Made by a program: the position numbers and the translations under genes. A stretch of DNA of 51,693 nt. Source: Alphaproteobacteria bacterium (GTDB taxonomy: Bacteria; Pseudomonadota; Alphaproteobacteria; DATDPM01). The stretch covers positions 1-51,693 of the forward strand of contig JAZGAE010000098.1 of the NCBI GenBank assembly GCA_036475545.1, read 5' to 3'. Below are positions 43,872 through 51,693 of the stretch, piece by piece (the first letter of the stretch is position 1; every line of letters begins with the position of its first letter). Under the pieces are notes generated by a model. It saw only the letters and a program-made list of their open reading frames with translations, was not told the DNA's origin and did not search any database.

Positions 43872-45038
43872 TCACCGCAGCGAGCCCCACAGCAGGTGCT
43901 TCACCGCCGCCGCCACGCGGCCCGCGAAGCCGAGGCGCCCCACCGTCTCTCCCGCCAACAGCGGCACCTCGATGGGTTCTGCTCCGGGAGCGGAGACCAC
44001 CAGCTTGGCGATTTCGGCCCCCTTCGCGATGGGGGCGGCGATCGGCCCGTCGTAGACGACCGCCACCTTCATCTCGCGCCAGGACTTGCGCGGCAGGGTC
44101 ACCTTAAGCTCCGAGTCGATCACCAGGGGCACCGCGCCCTCGTCGCCCAGCCAGACCTCGGCGTCTGCCACCACCTCGCCTCCCTCGAACAGGAGGTAAT
44201 TCCCGAACTCCCGGAACCCCCATTCGATCAGCCGCCGTGACTCGGCGGAGCGCGCCCGCGCGCTGGGCATCCCGTTGACCACCAGGATGAGGCGCCGGCC
44301 GTCGCGCTCTACCGAAGCGGTGAGGCCGTAGCCGGCCTCCTGGGTGTGGCCGGTCTTGAGGCCGTCGGCCCCCATGTTCCTGTACAGCAGCGGATTGCGG
44401 TTTCCCTGGCGAATGTCGTCGTAGGTGAAGGTGGTCTCCGCGTAATAGTGGTAGTACTCGGGAAAATCCTCGATGGTCCGGCGCGCGAGCGTAGCGAGGT
44501 CGCGTGCCGTCGTCAGGTGCTCCGGATGGGGCCAACCGGTGGCGTTCCTGAAGGTGGTGTTGGTGAGCCCCAAGTCGCGGCCGCGGCGGGTCATCTCCTC
44601 GGCGAACGCCTCCTCGCTGCCGGCGAGACCTTCGGCCACGACGATGCAGGCGTCGTTCCCCGATTGGACGACGATGCCCCGCAGCAGATCCTCGACGCGG
44701 ACCTCCGTGTCCACCTCGACGAACATCTTGGAGCCCTCCATCTTCCAGGCCTTCTTGCTCACGGGCAGGGTGTCGTCGAGCGAGAGTCGCCCGTCGCGCA
44801 ACTGCTCGAAGACCATGTAGATGGTCATCATCTTGCTCATGGAGGCCGGCGGCATGAGCTGGTCGGCCGCCTTTTCGAGTAGGACCGCCTTGGTGTCCCA
44901 TTCCACCAGGATCGCCTGCGCGGCCTGGGTCTCGAAGGTTCCGGCCGGGCCCGCCCCGGCAGGCCCGGGAACCTGCAGGAAGACGGAAACGGCGAAGAGA
45001 AGAAGGAGGATCCGGAAATACGGTCTAAAGGGCGCCAT
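43872..45038 (-). CDS. dacA: D-alanyl-D-alanine carboxypeptidase (PBP5/6 family)
   Basis: Signal peptide; SMSK, SGN, KTG motifs. Confidence 0.92.
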   Translation of the reverse strand: MAPFRPYFRILLLLFAVSVFLQVPGPAGAGPAGTFETQAAQAILVEWDTKAVLLEKAADQLMPPASMSKMMTIYMVFEQLRDGRLSLDDTLPVSKKAWKMEGSKMFVEVDTEVRVEDLLRGIVVQSGNDACIVVAEGLAGSEEAFAEEMTRRGRDLGLTNTTFRNATGWPHPEHLTTARDLATLARRTIEDFPEYYHYYAETTFTYDDIRQGNRNPLLYRNMGADGLKTGHTQEAGYGLTASVERDGRRLILVVNGMPSARARSAESRRLIEWGFREFGNYLLFEGGEVVADAEVWLGDEGAVPLVIDSELKVTLPRKSWREMKVAVVYDGPIAAPIAKGAEIAKLVVSAPGAEPIEVPLLAGETVGRLGFAGRVAAAVKHLLWGSLR

Positions 45039-45193
45039 GGTCGAATCAGTGCTTCATCAAACGGACGACGAACGGGCCGGTGCGGGCGGCCTTCGGAACA
45101 TATCCGCCGAATGCGCCACAATTGTGTCGCCGGACCGGTCCGCACCGAATTCTACGCCGCGGCGCGGCGCCGGCAAGACGGCCGACGGCCCGG

Positions 45194-46183
45194 CTAGTCC
45201 GCCACGATCAGCCGAGCATCCGTGTAGCCCGCATGGATCAGCCTCTCCAGCAAGCGGTCCGCCTCCTCGACCGTCGCCACCGGGCCGACGCGGACACGGA
45301 ACATCTCCTGTTCGCCGAAATTGACGGACGTAACTCCCACCCGGCCCAAAGGCGACAGCTTGGCGCGGAGCCGGTTGGCGTTGTCGAACTGCACGAAGGC
45401 GCCGGCCTGAATATATATGCTGGTGGGGCGCACGGACTGGTGGGTCACTTCCGGCTCTGCCGGCGCGGCCAATTCCTTCGCCGGGCCGGTAGGTGCCACC
45501 GCGGCCCATTTCTTGGAGTGCAACGCCACCCGGGGCTCGGGCGCGGCGGCGGCGCCCGGCGGGGGCGGCAGCTTTTCGGCCTCGACCGCGATCCTCGGCG
45601 CGGCCTTCACGGCCGGTCCGTTCTCCTCCTCCCCCGGTGCCCGCGGAAGAGACACGGCCAGTTGCCGGCTTTCATCGGGCATGATCTCCACCCGTACCTT
45701 GGCGGTGCCCGCGCGCTCGAAGCCGAGCAACTGGGCCCCGCGGCGCGAGAGATCGATGATCCGCCCGTGTACGAACGGACCGCGATCGTTGACCCGGACG
45801 ATGATCGAGCGGCCGTTCTCCAAGTTCGTGACCCGCACGACGCTGGGCAAAGGCAACGTCTTGTGGGCCGCGGTCACCCCGTTCATGTCGAAGGTTTCGC
45901 CGTTGGCGGTGGGCCGACCGTCGAATTCCGCTCCGTACCAGGAGGCGATCCCGGAGGTGGAATAGACGTAGTCGGCGGCCGGGTAATACCAGACCCCGTC
46001 CACCTGATAGGGCTTGCCGACCTTGTAGACGCCCGCCGGCTTCTTTTCCGGCATGGCGGCCGCCTTGATCTCCTTGGCGGCATGAACCACCAACTCGGTC
46101 TCGGCGCAGGCGCCCAAGGCCAGGGCCGCCGCGACGGCGGCGAGCCAAGGCGCGCGCATTGGGGCAGGAGGGGAAACTCTCAT
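45194..46183 (-). CDS. rlpA: Septal ring lytic transglycosylase RlpA (lipoprotein, SPOR domain)
   Basis: Lipobox LGAC, GIASWYG, TAAHKTLP, VNDRGPF, IQAGAF; start may be the second Met. Confidence 0.93.
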   Translation of the reverse strand: MRVSPPAPMRAPWLAAVAAALALGACAETELVVHAAKEIKAAAMPEKKPAGVYKVGKPYQVDGVWYYPAADYVYSTSGIASWYGAEFDGRPTANGETFDMNGVTAAHKTLPLPSVVRVTNLENGRSIIVRVNDRGPFVHGRIIDLSRRGAQLLGFERAGTAKVRVEIMPDESRQLAVSLPRAPGEEENGPAVKAAPRIAVEAEKLPPPPGAAAAPEPRVALHSKKWAAVAPTGPAKELAAPAEPEVTHQSVRPTSIYIQAGAFVQFDNANRLRAKLSPLGRVGVTSVNFGEQEMFRVRVGPVATVEEADRLLERLIHAGYTDARLIVAD

Positions 46184-46225
46184 GATATAGTAGTCTGCCT
46201 CTTCTCGCGCGGAAGATATTGTAGA

Positions 46226-47236
46226 CTATCCACCTTGGAGCCGGTCCGCAAGATTTCCGACCGTCCCCGCGAACAGAAAAGACGGGTTCCACGTGATCAG
46301 CGCGCGGAAATTTTCGTACACCACGTAGGCGGATCCCGCCGGGCCGTCGGGCAGGATCAGCGAGGCCAAAAGGTCCCGTTTCGGCAAGTCGCTTCCGTTG
46401 GCGCGGCGCACGCCGAGCGCCTGCCATTCGCTCAGGCGCTTGCGTAGATCGCGCACCTCCAGCGGCTCTTCGAAATCGTCGGCGAGCGCGTAGTCGAAGT
46501 CCGGCGGCAACCGCACCTCCCGACCCCAGGTTTGGTCCCCCTTCCAGCCCGACTGCGCGAGGAAGTTGGCGGCGGAAGCGAAAACATCCAGTTTGGTGGA
46601 CCAGATATCCCGCTGGCCGTCGCCGTCGGCGTCGACCGCATACCTCACAAAGGTGGATGGCATGAACTGGGCCTGTCCCATGGCGCCGGCCCAGGAACCC
46701 ATCATGCGGTCCGGCGTGATATGATCGTCCTCGATGATCTGCAGGGCGTAGAACAGCTCCTCCCGGAACTTTGCGCTGCGCCGTTCGTCATAGGCAAGCG
46801 TCACCAGGGCCGGGATCACCTGGAAACCGCCGGTGTAGCGGCCAAAATTGGTTTCGATTCCCCAGAGCGCCACGATGAACCGGGGCTGCACGCCGTAGCG
46901 GGCGCGGACCCGCTCGAGCAAATCCCGGTTTTCCCGCATCAGCTCGCGGCCCTGCTCGACGATCGTGTCCGGCACCCTCGTGGCCAGGTATTGGCGGAAC
47001 GTCTGGGTGAACTCCGGCTGTCTGCGGTCGAAATCGATGATGCGGGCGTTGAGCTCGACGCCCGTGAGCGCCAAATCGAGCGTGGCCTCGGAAAGTCCGC
47101 GCGCCAGGGCCTCTTGCTTGAGCTCCGCGAGCCAAGTGGCGAAATCGGGCCGGGCGGCCGCAGGGGCCGCGGCCAAGGTCGCGGCCAGAATGCTGCCGGC
47201 GAGCGCGATCCGGCCTCCCATCCTAAACCGGGTCAT
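46226..47236 (-). CDS. Lytic murein transglycosylase (MltB family)
   Basis: QPEF, WGIETNFG, GSWAGAMGQAQFMPS, D.DGDG. Confidence 0.92.
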   Translation of the reverse strand: MTRFRMGGRIALAGSILAATLAAAPAAARPDFATWLAELKQEALARGLSEATLDLALTGVELNARIIDFDRRQPEFTQTFRQYLATRVPDTIVEQGRELMRENRDLLERVRARYGVQPRFIVALWGIETNFGRYTGGFQVIPALVTLAYDERRSAKFREELFYALQIIEDDHITPDRMMGSWAGAMGQAQFMPSTFVRYAVDADGDGQRDIWSTKLDVFASAANFLAQSGWKGDQTWGREVRLPPDFDYALADDFEEPLEVRDLRKRLSEWQALGVRRANGSDLPKRDLLASLILPDGPAGSAYVVYENFRALITWNPSFLFAGTVGNLADRLQGG

Positions 47237-47388
47237 GTGAGGCGAACGTCCAAAGGGTGTTCGAGCGGGTCTTGTGCCACAGCGGCCGCCCGGACGCAAT
47301 GCGCGCCAGAGGCTTTCCGCCGCGCGTACCGGCGCGGAGTGCGCGGGGGTTGCGGTCAGGGCGCCGCCGCAGGCCCGCAGGAAGACCC

Positions 47389-48804
47389 TCAACCTTGCCC
47401 CTCCCCCGGGGGAGGCACCGGCTCGGCCTCTTGCGCGCGGCGCGCGAAGTACTCCCGGCTGAGCTTGAAGACCAGCGGGCTCAAGAGCAAGAGCGCAAGC
47501 AAATTCGGGATCGCCATGAGGCCGTTCATGACGTCGGATAAGAGCCAGACCAGATTGAGCTTTCCGAGGGCGCCGACGAAGATCATCACCACCCAAACCA
47601 GCCGGTAGATCGGGATCAGCTTGAGCCCGAACAGATATTCGACGCATCGCTCGCCGTAGTAGCTCCACGCCAGCAGCGTGGTGAACGCGAAGACGACGAG
47701 GCCGAAGGTGACGATGAAGTCGCCCAGCCCCGGCAGGGCTTGGCTGAACGCGAGCGCCGAAAGCGCCGCCCCGTTCAAGCCGCTGGCGAGCGCCCCGGTG
47801 ACCAGGATCACCAGCGCAGTCATGGTGCAGACCACGATGGTATCGATGAAGGTGCCAAGCATGGCGATCATCCCCTGGTTCACGGGGTCGGTGGTGCGTG
47901 CCGCGGCATGGGCGATGGGCGTGCTTCCCAAACCCGCCTCGTTCGAGAACACGCCGCGCGCCACGCCCCAGCGGATCGCAAGCAAGATCCCACCGCCGGC
48001 CGCGCCGCCGGCCGCGGCCTCGCCGGTGAAGGCGGCCGTGAAGATCTGGGCGAAGGCCATCGGGATCGCGGGGGCATGCATGGCCAGAATCAAGAGCGCG
48101 CCCGCGACATAGGCGACTGCCATGACGGGAACCAGGCGCTCGGCCCATTCGGCGATGCGCCGGACCCCGCCGATGATGACAATGAAAATGAGCCCCGCCA
48201 GAATCAGCCCAGTCACGGGCTCGGTCACGCCGCGAGGAATTTCGAAATAGCGCTCCAAAGAGTCCCCAAAGACGTGGGCGACCGAGTTGGCCTGCACCAT
48301 GTTGCCGATGCCAAACGCCGCGATCATGGCGAACAGCGCGAACAGCACGGCGAGCCAATGCCACCGCCGGTGGAGCCCATGCCGGATGTAGTACATCGGG
48401 CCGCCAACGTACCTGCCCGCCTCGTCCACTTTGCGGAAGCGGACGGCGAGCACGGCCTCGCTGTACTGGGTCGCCATGCCGACGAGCGCCGTGATCCACA
48501 TCCAGAAGATGGCGCCCGGCCCGCCGAAATAGAGGGCCGTCGCCACGCCGGCGATGTTGCCGGTGCCGATCTGGCCCGACAGCGCCACGGACAGCGCCTG
48601 GAAGGGGGTGATCTCCCCCTCCCCTTTCTGTTTCTCCTTGCGCACGCCCCTGGCGGTCAGACGAATGCCGAGGCCGAGTTTGCGCCACGGCAGCAGCCGC
48701 AGGCCCGCGCTGAGATACACGCCCGTTCCCAACAGCAGGGCCAGCATGACCGGGCCCCAGATGAAGCCGCTGACTTCGCCGAGAATCGCTTCGACGGTTT
48801 CCAT
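47389..48804 (-). CDS. Alanine/glycine:cation symporter (AGCS family)
   Basis: GTGNIAGVA, GGPGAIFWMW, GGPMYYI, FSNEAGLGS, MAIPNL. Confidence 0.94.
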   Translation of the reverse strand: METVEAILGEVSGFIWGPVMLALLLGTGVYLSAGLRLLPWRKLGLGIRLTARGVRKEKQKGEGEITPFQALSVALSGQIGTGNIAGVATALYFGGPGAIFWMWITALVGMATQYSEAVLAVRFRKVDEAGRYVGGPMYYIRHGLHRRWHWLAVLFALFAMIAAFGIGNMVQANSVAHVFGDSLERYFEIPRGVTEPVTGLILAGLIFIVIIGGVRRIAEWAERLVPVMAVAYVAGALLILAMHAPAIPMAFAQIFTAAFTGEAAAGGAAGGGILLAIRWGVARGVFSNEAGLGSTPIAHAAARTTDPVNQGMIAMLGTFIDTIVVCTMTALVILVTGALASGLNGAALSALAFSQALPGLGDFIVTFGLVVFAFTTLLAWSYYGERCVEYLFGLKLIPIYRLVWVVMIFVGALGKLNLVWLLSDVMNGLMAIPNLLALLLLSPLVFKLSREYFARRAQEAEPVPPPGEGQG

Positions 48805-49201
48805 GCCCTTGGCCGAATTCCCTGCCTCTGACAAGCGTGAACGAAAAGGTGGGCCTTGGGCGTGACCCTGCCCGTCCCCTAGCGGGTGGGTTCAAATTAC
48901 TACCACGGCACGGGCCGCAGCAGTAGAAGCCAGGACGCGCCAGGCCGCCGGCAACGCCGGCCTCATGGCCGGCCCGCGAGGTGCCAGGGGGGACCGGAGT
49001 TCCGGCCTGAAAAGGGCATATCGTCCGTTAACAAAAGGCGAAGATTTCAAAGTGCTGGCATGGCAGGCTGGCGCGTGCAACGGCCCTGGGCGGACGAAAT
49101 CCCGACCTCGCAACGGCCGTCCCGGGCGCTGGGAGGCCTACGTCCCACCAGGCGAGGCCGAACCGCCCAAGGGGCGGCAGTCGCGAACGCTGGAGTCCGC
49201 A

Positions 49202-50179
49202 CTACTCGACGATGATCGAATAGTCGGTCAACTCGTCGTCCGGGGCCGCCGTGCCACGGGACCCTTTGCCGTTTCGCCGGAACCAGTCCCGCGCCCGTTT
49301 CTGCGCCTCGTTGATCTCTTCCGGGCTCATGTGCTCGACGATTTGGGCACGATAATCGACTGCGATGTCGCGTTGTCTCCCCGGCGACAGTCTCGAGGCT
49401 CCGAGGTTGACCCAGGTGTGGGCCTCGACATAGTCCCGCGGAGCGCCCCGGCCCTTGCCGTATGACATCCCCAGCATGACCTGGGCCTGCGGGTCGCCTT
49501 GCTCGGCGGCGCGGCGGAACCATTCCACCGCTTCCGCGTGGTCCTCGGGCGCTCCTCGGCCTTCGGAATAAACCAGGCCGAGCTGCGTCGACGCGCCGGC
49601 ATGGTCCTGCGAGGCGGCGCGGCGCCACCACTTGATGGCGGCAGCGTCGTCCCTGGCGATCCCGTGGCCGTCGGCGTAGAGAAAGCCCAGGTAATACTGG
49701 GCGCCCGCATGACCCTGGTTGGCGGCGGCGAGCAGCCACTTCCGCGCTTCGACATAGTCCTGGGAGACGCTGTCCCCCTCGTAATAAGCGAAGCCCAGGC
49801 CGAACTGGCCGTCGGCATTCCCCTGTCGGGCGGCGCGCCGCAGCCAGTCGAGCGCTTGCGTCGGGTTGCGGCGAACACCGATGCCGTCCAAGTACAGGAC
49901 GCCAAGGACGGCCTGAGCCGCCGCAACCCCCTGGGCGGCCGCCTTCCGGTACCAGGCCGCCGCCAGGGTGTAGTTCCGTGGCACCCCAAGCCCGTGGAAG
50001 TACAACCTGCCGAGCAGGGTCTGGGCGGCGGCGTCGCCCTCGACGGCCACCGGTATCGCTTGCTTCAGGGCGGCGCGGTAGTCTCCGCGTTCGAAGGCGG
50101 CCTGGGCGTGGTCAGAGTCCGCCGCCGCCGGCGTCCACACTCCGAGACAAATGGCTAGGCAGATAACCCGGCACTTCAT
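49202..50179 (-). CDS. Exported Sel1-like repeat protein
   Basis: Signal peptide; about 6-7 repeats of AQ..LG..Y..G.GV..D...A..W...AA.QG. Confidence 0.92.
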   Translation of the reverse strand: MKCRVICLAICLGVWTPAAADSDHAQAAFERGDYRAALKQAIPVAVEGDAAAQTLLGRLYFHGLGVPRNYTLAAAWYRKAAAQGVAAAQAVLGVLYLDGIGVRRNPTQALDWLRRAARQGNADGQFGLGFAYYEGDSVSQDYVEARKWLLAAANQGHAGAQYYLGFLYADGHGIARDDAAAIKWWRRAASQDHAGASTQLGLVYSEGRGAPEDHAEAVEWFRRAAEQGDPQAQVMLGMSYGKGRGAPRDYVEAHTWVNLGASRLSPGRQRDIAVDYRAQIVEHMSPEEINEAQKRARDWFRRNGKGSRGTAAPDDELTDYSIIVE

Positions 50180-50197
50180 GGTCTTCTCGCAAGGGGT

Positions 50198-50225
50198 TTA
50201 GACGGACCGCGCCAGGCCATGTTCC
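50198..50225 (-). promoter_or_regulatory. Putative ECF-sigma promoter of the Sel1 gene
   Basis: GGAAC-N16-CGTCTAA on minus strand ending 18 bp before the ATG. Confidence 0.5.
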
Positions 50226-50240
50226 TGTTGCCGCGGGAAC

Positions 50241-50337
50241 GGCCTCGCCCACCAAAAGGATGAGCCGATTGGTCGCTTTCAGCGGACGAAAAGTCTACCG
50301 CCAACAACCGTTCATTGGTACCTCTTTGGGTGAGGCC
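50241..50337 (-). ncRNA. Candidate structured RNA (long imperfect hairpin)
   Basis: Nested complementary segments GGCCUC/GAGGCC, AAGAGG/CCUUUU, AUGA/UCAU, CGGUUG/CAAUCG, UUGGCGG/CCGCUGA. Confidence 0.35.
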
Positions 50338-50650
50338 GGCACCGCTCGGCCGTCCAGTTGAGACCTCAAGGCTCGGGCGCGACGCCGACACCGCGGCCCG
50401 GCGCCCGTTATCGCCGCGCGAGGGTCGTTTTGGGCCAAGCCCGCCGGAGCGTCGCATATCAGTGCCGAAGAATGCACTTGAACGAAGTTGCGTAACTAGC
50501 TGGGAGGCTTTGTATTTTCGATCTGCGCGGAGCGCGCAAAGCATCGCGCCGCCGCCGGGGCCCGCCGCCGGCGTCCCCGCGCCGGGCCTCCCGCGTGTTG
50601 CCAGGCGGGTGCCGGGCGCCAACTCCAGCGAGGCTCGGCCGCCGCCCGCC

Positions 50651-51049
50651 TTACGGGCAGTTCTTCTTGCATTCCTCGTACTTGGATTTGCACAGGGCGA
50701 CGCAGTGCGACCACGTACACTTGTCCCTGCACGCCACGTAGGTCTCCGTACAGGTCGGCACGCAGCGGCTCTCCCCCTCCTCCTCGGCCAGCCGAAGCGT
50801 TCCCGCCGGGTCCGCCCGAACAGGGCAGGACTGCGTCGCCGGCCGGCATATGCCCGGCGCGCAGTCGACCTCGGCGTGCCAAGGCCGGTCGGCGGCCAGC
50901 TGCTCGTCCGCTCCCCCGGTCGGAACCCCGCTCGGGCACGCCCAGTTCTGAGGCGCCTCGGGGGCGGACCCGCCGGGCCCGCGCTCGCCCGCCAGGGCGA
51001 GAGGCCCAATCAGCATGGCAACGGCCACGATTCCCACAAGCCTGTTCAT
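50651..51049 (-). CDS. Secreted cysteine-rich protein (132 aa, 12 Cys)
   Basis: GGAGG RBS before ATG 51049; signal peptide ending ALA; regular CxxxC array. Confidence 0.78.
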   Translation of the reverse strand: MNRLVGIVAVAMLIGPLALAGERGPGGSAPEAPQNWACPSGVPTGGADEQLAADRPWHAEVDCAPGICRPATQSCPVRADPAGTLRLAEEEGESRCVPTCTETYVACRDKCTWSHCVALCKSKYEECKKNCP

Positions 51050-51195
51050 CTCCCTCCCCTTTCGGATTGCCACTAAAGCCTATCGCTGCCTGAGGCCGGG
51101 TCGCGGCAGGCGCAATTTGCCGTCACAGTGTTGCCCGTCCCGCCGCATCGCCAGGGAGCGACCGCACTCCCGCCGCCGGGGGCCCGGGGGAACGC

Positions 51196-51357
51196 CTAGG
51201 CCTTGGGCTGCAAGAGTTCCCCGCAGTGCGGACAGACGTGCTCCGTCACCACGTACAAGGGATCCCTGTCCGCGGACTCCACGATTTCCGCGTCGTCGTA
51301 TTCCGAATTGCAACGCGGGCACACCCACCGTTTGGGCTGTTCCGAGGCGTTCTTCAT
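51196..51357 (-). CDS. 53-aa zinc-ribbon microprotein
   Basis: Hand translation MKNASEQPKRWVCPRCNSEYDDAEIVESADRDPLYVVTEHVCPHCGELLQPKA; CPRC and CPHCG knuckles; GC3-biased codons. Confidence 0.75.
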   Translation of the reverse strand: MKNASEQPKRWVCPRCNSEYDDAEIVESADRDPLYVVTEHVCPHCGELLQPKA

Positions 51358-51422
51358 CGCCGGTCATCCCACCCGCCAGTTTAGTCGGGTCGCGAAAGCG
51401 GCGCCAAGAAAAACGGCCCTCT

Positions 51423-51693
51423 TAGAGCGTAATCCGGTCAAGTTGAACGGACTGCGCCGGAGGAATTTTGTGCCGCGGGCAGGAGCGGGGCGAAGCACGT
51501 AGCGGCGCCACCGCGCGAGCTCCGCGACGAACCCGTGGCCGCAAAAGACCCCGGCCCTTCGGGTTGCGCCGGGGCGGGCGCCCGCGGCGTTGCGCCGCTC
51601 GGCCGACCCGTCCTCCGCAGCAGCGGTGACCCACTCCGCCGAAGCAGCCCCTTCGGCTGCGAAGGCCGGGCTGCCGCTGCGGAGGGTGGATGC
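51423..51693. mobile_element. MITE-like interspersed repeat (family A), running to window end
   Basis: Begins TAGAGCGTAATCCGGTCAAGTTGAACGG; 51423-51580 matches reverse complement of 1-158; nested hairpins at 51612-51685. Confidence 0.8.

Noticed and set aside
48805-49200. Glycine riboswitch upstream of the alanine/glycine symporter
   Set aside because: A CUUUUCAGG-like segment exists on the minus strand, but I found no GGAGA or CCGAAG core elements or matching stems.
50200-50360. 6S RNA
   Set aside because: Confident pairing covers only about 97 nt, there is no clear central bubble, and zapA/ygfA context is absent.
51080-51367. 95-aa ORF from the track
   Set aside because: Arg/Gly-rich off-frame reading; the overlapping 53-aa zinc-ribbon frame is much more plausible.

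Overview
High-GC alphaproteobacterial (Rhodospirillales-like) chromosomal segment made up mostly of conserved housekeeping genes: trpE-ppiD / tpiA-secG-pyrG-kdsA-eno-ftsB, pdhABC-lpdA-lipA-ratA, ispDF-pgpA-cinA, dusB-ntrBC-ntrYX-trkA-dat-hfq-hflX, mazG, and mltB-rlpA-dacA-tmk-holB-metG-tatD. The main non-genic feature is a dif-like XerCD site at 38036-38063. Gene orientation and KOPS-like octamers converge on it, so this is probably the replication terminus. Both ends of the window fall inside inverted copies of one TAGAGC-ended MITE-like repeat, and a related 266-bp palindromic element sits at the end of lipA. The least-explained part is 49.2-51.4 kb: a 53-aa zinc-ribbon microprotein missing from the ORF track, a secreted protein with four CxxxC motifs, a ~97-nt hairpin, and a Sel1-repeat gene behind an ECF-type promoter. 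A perfect FNR/FixK-type palindrome precedes a BCAM0308-family gene pair. I saw no tRNA, rRNA, CRISPR array, transposase or phage gene. I cannot claim a demonstrably new system; the right-end cluster is the best candidate. All calls are from reading motifs by eye, with no database searches.
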